DNA of 64,000 nucleotides from an uncultured virus (IMG/VR IMGVR_UViG_3300048883_000321) (IMGVR_UViG_3300048883_000321); one strand, 5' to 3'. Positions 48,427 to 57,277 are shown, numbered from the stretch's first letter. Notes: generated by a model not told the origin, from the sequence alone. A program made the numbers and translations.

Positions 48427-48957
48427 ATGAACTCACCAGAGATATGGGAAGATGGAGCATACGCAGTCGGAATGTCGTTCTACGATTTGTGGGCCGACGA
48501 AGACGAACTAAACTTCCCCGACGAATACGCTGCCCTCAACTTCATCGACCAACAGATGAAAGAACTAAAAGACTTATATTTCACACCGGGGCAGCCTCAA
48601 CCAGACAGCGGAGACGAAGCAGAAGTCAGCCACCTGTTCGCCAACATCGGTGCCGCAGCGTTCGACGCTTACGTCACCTCAGGGAACACACGCCCCCCGA
48701 ATGCCATGAAAGACATTCTACTTACCCTTAACGGGAAGCAAGCAATGTACGGACACGGCAACATTGCCGCATTCGGATTACCGGGGATTGTGATTCGCTG
48801 CTGGGACAAAACCCAACGCTTGCACAACTTAAAGAACCATAAAGGCCCAGTGCTGTTCGAACCAGAACTCGATTCGTGGCTGGATTTAGCCGGTTACTCC
48901 GTTGTTGCACTCATGTGGATCAACGGATGGTTCATGCTTGATTTAAGCGACTCTTAG
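48427..48957 (+). CDS. DUF1599/Nmad1-like (nucleotide-modification-associated) protein
   Basis: K..MYG..NI..FG..GIVIR..DK..RL.NL...DSWLDLAGYSVVALM; lone plus-strand gene with TATGCT 7 nt upstream. Confidence 0.7.
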   Translation: MNSPEIWEDGAYAVGMSFYDLWADEDELNFPDEYAALNFIDQQMKELKDLYFTPGQPQPDSGDEAEVSHLFANIGAAAFDAYVTSGNTRPPNAMKDILLTLNGKQAMYGHGNIAAFGLPGIVIRCWDKTQRLHNLKNHKGPVLFEPELDSWLDLAGYSVVALMWINGWFMLDLSDS

Positions 48958-49376
48958 AAAGGGTCGCCGCCACCAGAAGCAACTGCTTTACGGGGGGCAG
49001 CGCCAGCGCCGCCTTTACCCGATTGGCGTGTCATCACAGCGGTAGCCCAACGAAGGCTTGGTGCGACATCGTCAGCGACGATAACGACTTTACGTCGAGC
49101 CTCGCCGGAGTCTTTGTCTTCCCAACGTTGTTCTTCTAAACGTCCGACAACGGTTACCCGATTGCCTGACGACAAAGATTCGGCAACATTTTCTGCCAAA
49201 GTAGCCCAAGTGGTCACATCAAAGAACGAGGTTTCTTCAACCCAGTCTCCGTCTTTTTGCCAGCGGCGGTTTACCGCTACTCGCAAATCAGTAACCGCAG
49301 CACCATTATTGGTGTACCGCAATTCGGGATCAGCGGTGAGGTTACCCAACACCGTAATTTGATTATCAACAGCCAT
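48954..49376 (-). CDS. ssb: Single-stranded DNA-binding protein
   Basis: GNLTADPELRYT...LAENVAESL..G.RV.V.GRL...APSLRWATA (actinobacterial style); C-terminal DPF. Confidence 0.95.
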   Translation of the reverse strand: MAVDNQITVLGNLTADPELRYTNNGAAVTDLRVAVNRRWQKDGDWVEETSFFDVTTWATLAENVAESLSSGNRVTVVGRLEEQRWEDKDSGEARRKVVIVADDVAPSLRWATAVMTRQSGKGGAGAAPRKAVASGGGDPF

Positions 49377-49414
49377 GTCTTTTCTCCAGTTCGGCGTGTC
49401 TTTAAGAACGGACG

Positions 49415-49711
49415 CTATGCCCGTCCCAGTAGTCTATCAGTAGGCACAAGCGTACGGGCTTGTTTTGGAATAAAAGTTACCCACCCGTCTTTAGCGAGCC
49501 GATCTATGTCGGTTCGTACCGTCGTCAAAGATGAGATACCTACCTCGTCTTGTATTTCTCGTAACGTAGGACCGAACCTGTTTTTTTCCCAAAAGTCAGC
49601 AATAAATACTGCTACCTCGTTGAGGCGTTCATCTTCGAGAACAGGTCGGTTAAGTTCCGCTGGGGGAACAGGTTTTTCTGCTTTACCCCATGTGTAATTT
49701 AAAGTCACCAT
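49415..49711 (-). CDS. LexA-type DNA-binding domain protein (no peptidase domain)
   Basis: FGPTLREIQDEVGISSLTTV....RL..DGWV...ARTL. Confidence 0.8.
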   Translation of the reverse strand: MVTLNYTWGKAEKPVPPAELNRPVLEDERLNEVAVFIADFWEKNRFGPTLREIQDEVGISSLTTVRTDIDRLAKDGWVTFIPKQARTLVPTDRLLGRA

Positions 49712-49719
49712 GTTTGTCC

Positions 49720-50514
49720 TTAAAATGGTCGGGGTGCTGCCGCACCGGATGAGAGAGGCGCACCTAACGCTTTTTTAGATCCGCCGTTAACCCATTGCCA
49801 CACATCGAGAAGACTACAAAACGTTTCCCACATTTTGTCTGTTTCGCTTTGTGTAACATTGAGTTCAACAAACGACCATTCCGTTGGCCGTAACCAGAGG
49901 ACACCAAACCGGTCGATACGAGGTATCTCCGATGTGGACCCGTCCGGGTGGATCAACGATTTGGCGTTAGCGTAAGCCGCTAGTTGTAACGCTACCTCAG
50001 GGTGAACCCCTGAACGTGTCGTTTTGAAATCAATCAACCAGTTTTCGCCAGAGATCTCTGTAATCGCATCGAACGATCCTGCGTAGCCATGACCCGCCGG
50101 AGATTCGCCGTAAACTGTTTCTTCTAGTTTTATCCATGTTGGGGAAAACCTTTCACAAAATTGGTCGTAGCCCGAGATGAAGCCTTGTTGTTCTTCTGGA
50201 ACATCAAAAGCCTCACCTAACGCTAAGTGTTCGAGTGTGTCGTGGACAGCGGAACCCATGTCGGCCGCTCGGTCGCGGTCACGGTTCGGGGTGCCTTTCA
50301 AATATTTGATGGCACCGTCGGGGCCTCGTTTTCTCAACAAGGCATCCATGTCTACCGCTACTGCTTCTTCTGCTACTACTTTAGCCGCCCAATATTGTAA
50401 AAAGGGTTTGGGTAGCGTCCCAACGACGCTCGTTACACCGGGGACTTCTTTTTTGTCCCACTGGTATAACCGAGAGTCGTTGCGGTGAACGGTCGGGATT
50501 TTGGGGGTTGTCAT
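49720..50514 (-). CDS. PD-(D/E)xK exonuclease (RecE/Cas4-like phage type)
   Basis: PGVTSV, G.AVH, E, YAGSFD, IDFKT, QLAAY. Confidence 0.85.
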   Translation of the reverse strand: MTTPKIPTVHRNDSRLYQWDKKEVPGVTSVVGTLPKPFLQYWAAKVVAEEAVAVDMDALLRKRGPDGAIKYLKGTPNRDRDRAADMGSAVHDTLEHLALGEAFDVPEEQQGFISGYDQFCERFSPTWIKLEETVYGESPAGHGYAGSFDAITEISGENWLIDFKTTRSGVHPEVALQLAAYANAKSLIHPDGSTSEIPRIDRFGVLWLRPTEWSFVELNVTQSETDKMWETFCSLLDVWQWVNGGSKKALGAPLSSGAAAPRPF

Positions 50515-50990
50515 TGTTGGCCTTTGATTTCGCCGACGATGCCTTCGATCTCACCTAGTTCGTCGTTTAATATTTCGATGTTGCCGGTGAGTTGTTGCAT
50601 CAGGTCGGAGAGACCGGTTTCGGCGATTGCAGCGTTTTCGATGATGTCGGTGATTTCGTCTTCGTTGAGGTAGTCACGCAACACACTTATCGTTGCTTCT
50701 TTCGGAACACCGTTAGACAACGGGGACGGCATATCGATAGCCAGCAACATGTCGTCGTCGTCGCTTATGAAAGCAAACATTCCGTCGCTGATCTCTACTG
50801 GCGTGTCGCACATGTGGCCGACCATCACGAACGTTGTCCAGAATGGGAAATCGGTTGAGGTGTGTCCTTCTTCGGGGTTGACCATTACTTCGTTGGTGGT
50901 GTGTGGCGTCAGGTAAATGACTCGGTCTTTGTCGATGAAGACGTTTGCTGGCGGGATTTCTATGTTTTCTATGTTTTCCATGTTTTCCAT
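50511..50990 (-). CDS. Hypothetical acidic protein
   Basis: 159-aa ORF coupled to the exonuclease. Confidence 0.6.
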   Translation of the reverse strand: MENMENIENIEIPPANVFIDKDRVIYLTPHTTNEVMVNPEEGHTSTDFPFWTTFVMVGHMCDTPVEISDGMFAFISDDDDMLLAIDMPSPLSNGVPKEATISVLRDYLNEDEITDIIENAAIAETGLSDLMQQLTGNIEILNDELGEIEGIVGEIKGQQ

Positions 50991-51102
50991 GTTCTTTTCT
51001 TTCTGTTGTTGTTTGGTTTGTTTGAGGTCTCAGAGGGATTCGATAGTCGTCACCCCCCTGAGACCAGCGGAGGATCGTATCGTTGTTTACCGGTTATCGA
51101 CC

Positions 51103-51345
51103 TTAAATGTTTCGTGGGTCTGGTACTGGTAACGCTGCTGCTTGTTTGACTTTGTTTTTTAACCGTTCGAGAACTTCTAAGCCTCTGCGAAACTGTTTAG
51201 CGGTTTCGAGGTAGCCGTGTTCTTTTTCGTCGGTTAGTAAGTCGGTTAACTCGTTTTCACGGGCATCTAGCGACATTATTAATGTGTCGTATTGTTGCAT
51301 CGAGAGTCGTAAATTTAAAGCGACTCTGTCTTGCCGAGGCATCAC
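51103..51345 (-). CDS. Hypothetical protein
   Basis: 80-aa ORF. Confidence 0.5.
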   Translation of the reverse strand: MMPRQDRVALNLRLSMQQYDTLIMSLDARENELTDLLTDEKEHGYLETAKQFRRGLEVLERLKNKVKQAAALPVPDPRNI

Positions 51346-51707
51346 GCTTGAGCGGTTGCTCGGCGGGCCTTATCGTAGTGGGATCGGCATAAGCCTTTCC
51401 CTACTGCGGGGAGTCCGCATTGTTTTCCGTCGGTGGCGACGACGCAGCGGGCTCGTTGTTTTGGCCCTTGGTGAGGGTCTCCGTGTACTCGGATGCGATA
51501 GTAGTGAACTGGGCAGAGACCCCGTGAGTATGCTGGGGTGTCGCAGTGTTCGCAGTTCCCGTTGTTGATGCCGTGACCGTATTCCCGTATTGGGGTGTCG
51601 GCTTGTACGTCACCGTATTTGCGGAACCGTACATAGTGTGTTCCGCACATTTCTTTGTAGGTTGCTTCGTTGCAGCAGCCATCGACTGTGCATTGTCGTT
51701 CTGTCAT
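51342..51707 (-). CDS. Protein of three tandem C-C-C-H Zn-finger units
   Basis: CTVDGC..MCGTHY; CEHC..LCPVHY; CVV..QC..LCRSHY. Confidence 0.7.
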   Translation of the reverse strand: MTERQCTVDGCCNEATYKEMCGTHYVRFRKYGDVQADTPIREYGHGINNGNCEHCDTPAYSRGLCPVHYYRIRVHGDPHQGPKQRARCVVATDGKQCGLPAVGKGLCRSHYDKARRATAQA

Positions 51708-52272
51708 TGTTGTCCTGTTCTTGTGGTTAGTTCCCCCTGTGGGGATACCCCCACTGTACCGGGGCCAACCACAAGTTCGCAACCTCTGTTTTAGTTTTCT
51801 TCTGTAAAGTCGAAGATAAGAACTGAACATACGAACAGAAAGCGTTGAAATTCGGCTTCGTCGTCGGGGTTTTCGGTGTTCGCTTCCCACTCTTCTCGTA
51901 ACGTGACAAAGAAGTCATCCCAGTTAGCATCAGGTTGTGGGGTAAGCATTAGTGCCGCCGGTTTATTAAGCCTACTTGTTCCAACGCTGATTCTACTACA
52001 AGAACACCTACTCCTATGAGTGCCCCTACCCATACGGCTCCTACAACCCCTATTATTGGCAACTTTCGCATTCTTCAGGGCTTTCTAAATCGCATTGCGC
52101 TTCTATCGGTTCGTCGTCTTGGAACGGGTCGAGCGCGGGGTGTTCTCCCATTGATGTTTCTTTATATTCTAACCAAAAATCGGTCATGGCATGCCTTGCG
52201 GGTTGTACGAGTGTTTACACCCTATTGTGCCATACGTTGTCAAATAGGATAGGGACCCTGTATGGTGGGGGT

Positions 52273-53103
52273 ATGACTTTATCTTTTAAGACTTGCACGA
52301 ACCCGGAATGCGCCCATGATGGGAAGCCTCAACCATTAACCAATTTCCACGCCGACGCGGCTGCAAAAGATGGGCGGCGACCTAACTGCAAATGCTGCCG
52401 CAAGGTTTACCATGAAGCAAACAGAGAAAAAATTCTTGCTGTTGCCAAGGTTTACCGCGAAGCAAACAAAGAAAAAGTTGCTGCCTGCACCAAGGCTTAC
52501 TATGAAGCAAACAAAGGAAAAATCGCTACAAAAGGGAAAGTTTACTATGAAGCAAACAAAGAAAAAATTGCTGCCCGCACCAAGGTTTTCTATGAAGCAA
52601 ACAAAGAGAAACTCGCTACAAGAGGGAAAGTTTACCGCGAAGTAAACAAAGAAAAAGTTGCTGCCAGTGGGAGGGCTTACCGCGAAGCAAATAAAGAAAA
52701 AGTTGCTGCCAACGCTAAGGTTTACCGCAAAGCCAACAACGAAAAAATCGCTGCCCGAGGGAAGGCTCGGCATGCCGCCAACTACACCCCGTCAGAAGGG
52801 TACGAAGCGTTACAGAAAGAACCAACGATTGTTTATATTGTTCGGAACGACGAATGGTTAAACTACGGGATCACCGTCGAACGCCGGTTAAAGAAACGCC
52901 TCGCTGCTCATAGCCGTGCAGGGTTCCCGACGGTAGTAGAAACCATCGCATGTAAGGACAGGGCAGCAGCGTTAGAAATAGAGGAACAACTCGCTTTAGC
53001 ATGCCAAGGGTTACCTCAACACCCGCCTGCCCACAGGTTGACTTACACGGAGACAGCCCCTAGTTGGGTCCTACCCGAGTTGGTTAAACTCTTAAACCCC
53101 TAA
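52273..53103 (+). CDS. Putative homing-type endonuclease: Zn ribbon, 8 helical repeats, GIY-YIG-like domain
   Basis: KTCTNPEC...CKCC; 15-aa repeats; IVYIV...NYGIT...RL..H...ALEIEE. Confidence 0.7.
   Translation: MTLSFKTCTNPECAHDGKPQPLTNFHADAAAKDGRRPNCKCCRKVYHEANREKILAVAKVYREANKEKVAACTKAYYEANKGKIATKGKVYYEANKEKIAARTKVFYEANKEKLATRGKVYREVNKEKVAASGRAYREANKEKVAANAKVYRKANNEKIAARGKARHAANYTPSEGYEALQKEPTIVYIVRNDEWLNYGITVERRLKKRLAAHSRAGFPTVVETIACKDRAAALEIEEQLALACQGLPQHPPAHRLTYTETAPSWVLPELVKLLNP
52402..52761 (+). repeat. Eight tandem 45-bp coding repeats (KVYxEANKEKxAAxx)
   Basis: Direct alignment of units. Confidence 0.9.
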
Positions 53104-53335
53104 CCCGACACCAACCGAGAATTTTTTTTCCACAGGGTGTTATTCGGGGTTTGTGGATTTGGTGAAGCCTGAGCCTTTGAATGCTACTGCTGGGGTTGTG
53201 TATATGCGTTGAAGTTTTTTGTGTTTTTTGTCGCATACGGGGCGGGTTTCGTCGAAGATGCTGCGTTTCAAAGTGACTTCTTTTTCGCAAGTCACACAAT
53301 AATACGTGTACAAAGGCATTTAAAAAACTACTACG

Positions 53336-53536
53336 TTACTCGAGGTGTTCGACATTGGCTTCGGTTTCGATCCATACTCTCGCCCCGCACTTATCAGGTG
53401 TGTCGGAGTGAACAATGATACAAGGCCCATCGATACGTACTTTTGACCAATGCGTAGAACCCTTATAGGTGCGGTCAATGATAGCAGGTTCGCCCTTTTT
53501 GATTTTTTGTTGGTGAACATGCAAAACATGTTTCAC
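53336..53536 (-). CDS. Small phage protein of unknown function
   Basis: HV.Q..I...V.I.GP...CGARVWIET; coupled to the endolysin stop. Confidence 0.65.
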   Translation of the reverse strand: MKHVLHVHQQKIKKGEPAIIDRTYKGSTHWSKVRIDGPCIIVHSDTPDKCGARVWIETEANVEHLE

Positions 53537-54249
53537 GCGTGTTTAGGGTTAAATAAGCGGCCCCAAGTTGTTTTACCAACAATGCCGTCGACGACAACAC
53601 GTTCAACGCGTTGAAACGCTTTAACCTGTTTACGGGTTTTACGGCCAAACACACCATCCGCAGCGCCAGCATCAAACCCCAAAGCACCCAAACGTTGCTG
53701 CAACACTTTCACCGCGTCACCGCGAGAACGATAACGCAACGCCTTACGAGCAACCTGACGGCCCAAAGCATCAACATACTCGCCGATCGCTTTCAAATCC
53801 TGCTTAGGTTCCTTCACAACCTCCCCATCCAACGCAGGCGCATCAAACCAGCCCCCCGAATTACGAGGCTGATGATGCCACCATTCCGAAGACACCGTCT
53901 TAACCAACCCATACTCAGCAGCCACATTATTGACCTCCCAAGTACGCAAACCCCCACCAGTAATCCGAAAATCCACAGCATAACAAAACCCGTCAGCCTG
54001 CTCCATATGGTAAGAACCCCGCCACCAACCACCATCACCATGACGACGATCAGGATTAGCAGCCAAATTCCCCTTACCAGCCTTATACAAATCGTAAAAA
54101 CGTTTCTGCTGCGCATACGAACGACAACCAGACACAACCTTCACCCGGCCCACAATCCGATCATCAGCAAAAAACGCTTCCAACCGGGCCACAAACCGCG
54201 GATGCAACAACGACAAATCAACACGAGAAGAAACAACAGGAATAGACAT
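53533..54249 (-). CDS. Endolysin: M15-type Zn peptidase plus peptidoglycan-binding domain
   Basis: SGCRS..QQ, SYH...AVD, EWWH; GDAVKVLQQRL...ADGVFG..T...VKAFQ...DGIVGKTTW. Confidence 0.9.
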   Translation of the reverse strand: MSIPVVSSRVDLSLLHPRFVARLEAFFADDRIVGRVKVVSGCRSYAQQKRFYDLYKAGKGNLAANPDRRHGDGGWWRGSYHMEQADGFCYAVDFRITGGGLRTWEVNNVAAEYGLVKTVSSEWWHHQPRNSGGWFDAPALDGEVVKEPKQDLKAIGEYVDALGRQVARKALRYRSRGDAVKVLQQRLGALGFDAGAADGVFGRKTRKQVKAFQRVERVVVDGIVGKTTWGRLFNPKHA

Positions 54250-54768
54250 ACCCCCACCATACCACAAACAACAAACCACCACCGGACACCCCCACAAAAC
54301 AACACCAAGTAAACAAACAGTTGACCCCAAAAAAAGGATTACAAAAATGCCGGGCCAACTAGACGCATGGGGGGAGGGGGGGGTACATACGTTCGACGCG
54401 ATGGGGGGTCACCCTTAGTGGTTTTGTGACCGCGGTTTGTGGTTTTGCTCTCTAAGCGTCGTATAGGCTCTCTAGGGCGTTTGGGTGCGTTTAGGTCATA
54501 AGTGCCCACGCGCACCCTAGAAACGCGTTAGGGCGGTTTCCCGTTGTTTTGGTGGGGGCTCTGGCGGTGGTAGTTGTTGGGGCTCTGTGGTGGCTAGTTG
54601 GTGGTGGTTTACCGTGAGAGCGACGCAGAGAGCCCCTAGAGCGACGCTAGGGGGCTAGGTGGGTCTTAGGTCATCTGGCACCACCGCGACGCCTTAGGTG
54701 GCCTATACGGGGCTCTAGGCGCGAAAGAGCCCCCACCGCGTACACGGTGGGGGTTCTAGCGTTGGTGG

Positions 54769-55125
54769 CTACCGCAGTAGCAAGTCTTCAAGGTCTACGC
54801 CCTCGGCGAGAATCTTAAAAACATCCGTCAGTACGGAGGGCTCTACCTCTGACCAGTCCAAAACATTTAGCGACCCGTCGTGGTCAGTAATGGCGGTCAT
54901 CATTGTGTGGTATCCCTCCACCGGATTGACCACCGCGGCGAAGTGTGTAGCACCATTAAAGCCAAACAATAACCAGTCGCCGGCATCACCAGCCGCGACC
55001 CGGATGCCGTAGTGGCCGAAGCCTGCCGGAGCGTCGACCATGACGAACCGCCGGACCGCGTCGCGTCCGTGGTGGTAGATTTGCGCGTCTGCCATCGCGT
55101 TGTAGTTTTTCTGTGTTGGGAACAT
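54769..55125 (-). CDS. Hypothetical protein
   Basis: AGAGGA RBS; followed by a terminator-like hairpin at about 54727-54756. Confidence 0.6.
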   Translation of the reverse strand: MFPTQKNYNAMADAQIYHHGRDAVRRFVMVDAPAGFGHYGIRVAAGDAGDWLLFGFNGATHFAAVVNPVEGYHTMMTAITDHDGSLNVLDWSEVEPSVLTDVFKILAEGVDLEDLLLR

Positions 55126-55243
55126 TGTTTTCCTCTTTCGTTGTTGGTTTAGTGGGAGTCTCCCACTTTCAAGCCACCACCACCGTTAGCGGTGGGGGCT
55201 TGAAAGTAGGCAGGGGCTTTCACCCCTGCCGACTCTCTAGCGG

Positions 55244-55624
55244 TCAGTCGTTGGTGGCCTCTAATGCTGCCGTAAAGGCTGCCCGCCGGTTGTCGCTGGT
55301 GCGCTTCGCACGTAGCAGGTAGTCGGTGTAGGTTCCCTTGCGTGTGCTGGCACGGTGGCTGCGGTCGTTGCCGTTGAAGCGCTCCTGAGCCGTTGCCCGA
55401 TTTAGTTTGCGAAAGTAAACGTTAGTGGCGTCGCTTTCGGCTTTCATGCTTTCGGTGGTTACCGACTCTTTCACCGTTGCGTTGCGCAGAGCGTCAACGG
55501 CCAGAAAGTGAGTGAACGGTAATACTGAGTAGTACACGAAGTCGGGAACCATGCTAGATACTACTGCGGATCCGAGAGGGGCAGTGACTGCCTCGCTTTC
55601 GGCTGGTGGTGTGTGGTTGAACAT
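55244..55624 (-). CDS. Hypothetical protein
   Basis: AAAGG RBS and a TTGTAC/TAATAAT promoter-like sequence upstream. Confidence 0.6.
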   Translation of the reverse strand: MFNHTPPAESEAVTAPLGSAVVSSMVPDFVYYSVLPFTHFLAVDALRNATVKESVTTESMKAESDATNVYFRKLNRATAQERFNGNDRSHRASTRKGTYTDYLLRAKRTSDNRRAAFTAALEATND

Positions 55625-55784
55625 TTGGTGCCTTTCGTTTGGTTGCCGTTGTTAGCAACAAGCGTATTATTACAAACATTAAGGGTATGTACAACTACCC
55701 GTTGACCTTACCCCGCGACAGAACCCGACTTTCCCCTTTGTTTGTATAGCAAAAAACTTTCCAAACTTTCTCAGAATCAGAGCC

Positions 55785-55925
55785 CAAAAACAGCCCATAA
55801 CCAAAAACACACCCCAAAAACTACCCAAAAAAAACACCCCAAAAACACCCCAAAAACACCCCAAAAAAACACCCCAAAAACTGCCACGCCGCGACCCCAA
55901 AAACTGCCACGCCGCGACCCCACCG
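55785..55925. repeat. Phased C-run/A-tract repeats followed by a 23-bp direct repeat
   Basis: CCCCAAAAA(AA)CA units at 11-14 bp spacing; CCCCAAAAACTGCCACGCCGCGA twice. Confidence 0.8.
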
Positions 55926-56152
55926 CGGCGCGGCGTTCACCGTTGCGCAACGTCAGAACCCGCGCCACCTATTCCCAATAACGCACCACTAACGGGAAAC
56001 GCTAAGAGTGACCGACTGACCACCTAGAGCGTTAACGCTAAGAGTGACCGACCGAACGCCGAGAGTGAACCCTAACCCTAAACCTGAGGTTGAGGGTTCA
56101 CCCGAGCGCGTGGGCGCGTGTGCGTGTGCGCGCAAGCGGAGACGCGAACCCA

Positions 56153-56310
56153 CGTGTGAATCTGGCGGGTGAATCTGGCGGGTGAATCTCGCGGGTGAAT
56201 CTTGGCGTGTGAATCTCACGTGTCAATCTTGGCGTGTCAATCTTTGATGTGTGAATACCTCCGGGAATAGACTGAATACGTGTGAATTTGAGACCTCACG
56301 GGTGAATCTC
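56153..56310 (+). repeat. Tandem 13-14 bp repeats of CG(T/G)GTGAATCT
   Basis: About 10 copies here; further dispersed copies up to 63713. Confidence 0.85.
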
Positions 56311-56395
56311 ACTGAGGCTACCGGCCGGGGCCGACACCAAACTCTCAACCTCTACTTGAGGGTTACAGTTCGCAAGGGCCGGGGCGATTCCAAAA

Positions 56396-56411
56396 TCGAA
56401 CAGGTGTTCGG
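56396..56411. promoter_or_regulatory. LexA (SOS) box, Gram-positive/actinobacterial type
   Basis: TCGAACAGGTGTTCGG versus consensus TCGAAC-N4-GTTCGA. Confidence 0.7.
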
Positions 56412-56516
56412 TCTCGCTATTGTTGCTAAAATCCCGTTTCGGCCATTATAGGTTTCGCCACCCCCGGGGCCACCTCGCATACCCCGAGAGCCGAAGCCCC
56501 CGGGGTTGCGGTGTTC

Positions 56517-56774
56517 CTAGTCCGTTAAGACCATAACTTGAAGGCCGACCGAGCCGGAGAACTCGCCGGTTGTCCGGGTGGAGTCAGACCAGAAGTGAAC
56601 GTCAACGTCGTCGCCGACCAAATCGGTGGTCAAGACCATGACGAACTCGCCGCCTCGGAAGCGTACTTGGGTGTCACCTAAGAAGAAGCGGTTGCCTCCG
56701 GGGCCCATTGGCCACTCGTTGAGAACCCTGTCGGTTGCTACCAAGTCTGCGAGTTTTTTGAGTGTTACTTTCAT
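56517..56774 (-). CDS. Early-type mini gene
   Basis: AAGGAG RBS; has its own promoter module. Confidence 0.7.
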   Translation of the reverse strand: MKVTLKKLADLVATDRVLNEWPMGPGGNRFFLGDTQVRFRGGEFVMVLTTDLVGDDVDVHFWSDSTRTTGEFSGSVGLQVMVLTD

Positions 56775-56808
56775 GTTTGCTCCTTTGTTGTTGTTTGCTT
56801 ATAGGTTT

Positions 56809-56873
56809 AGTATACACTAGGGAACCCCCATGCGCAACCTTTCGGTAAAGATTTCTTTGTGACTTTTGTCACA
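56809..56873 (-). promoter_or_regulatory. Promoter module: TGTGA-N6-TCACA site, 20 nt, TTGCGC-N17-TATACT
   Basis: Read directly; prototype of the repeated module. Confidence 0.8.
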
Positions 56874-56944
56874 GCCGGGGCCGACTCGAGCCCCCCGGGG
56901 CCGACGACAAAAAAAGACGGGAGCCGAAGCCCCCGCCTTGGATT

Positions 56945-57055
56945 TTATTTTGTGGCCTTTGGCTTACCGCCTCGGCGATTGAAGTTGCCTGCGCCTCCGA
57001 CGAACTTGGTCGGTGGGCGTTTGTGGGAGCGAGCCCGTCCTTGATATGCTTTCAT
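56945..57055 (-). CDS. 36-aa basic peptide
   Basis: MKAYQGRARSHKRPPTKFVGGAGNFNRRGGKPKATK; AAGGAGG RBS; TTGCTT-N17-TACACT promoter. Confidence 0.6.
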   Translation of the reverse strand: MKAYQGRARSHKRPPTKFVGGAGNFNRRGGKPKATK

Positions 57056-57175
57056 TGTGCCTCCTTGGCGTAGTTGCTTACAAAGTAAGTGTATCAAAGG
57101 GAACAACCAGAAGCAACCTCAACCGGAAACTTTCTTAGATTTCTTTTAAGTTCCCAGCCGGGGCCGAAATCCGTA

Positions 57176-57240
57176 TGTGACACATGTCACAAAGAAATCT
57201 TTGCTTTGGGGTTGCGCATGATGGTTATCTCTGCTATACT
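57176..57240 (+). promoter_or_regulatory. Promoter module: TGTGACACATGTCACA, 20 nt, TTGCGC-N17-TATACT
   Basis: Read directly. Confidence 0.8.
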
Positions 57241-57277
57241 TACACTTGTAAGCAACCAACGGCAAAGGAGCCAAATC

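Noticed and set aside
41792..53134. DnaA boxes (TTGTCCACA at 41792, TTTTCCACA near 53126)
   Set aside because: Isolated single copies, compatible with chance; no cluster.
55679..56451. Short ORFs across the repeat tract
   Set aside because: Low-complexity translations of DNA repeats with no RBS.
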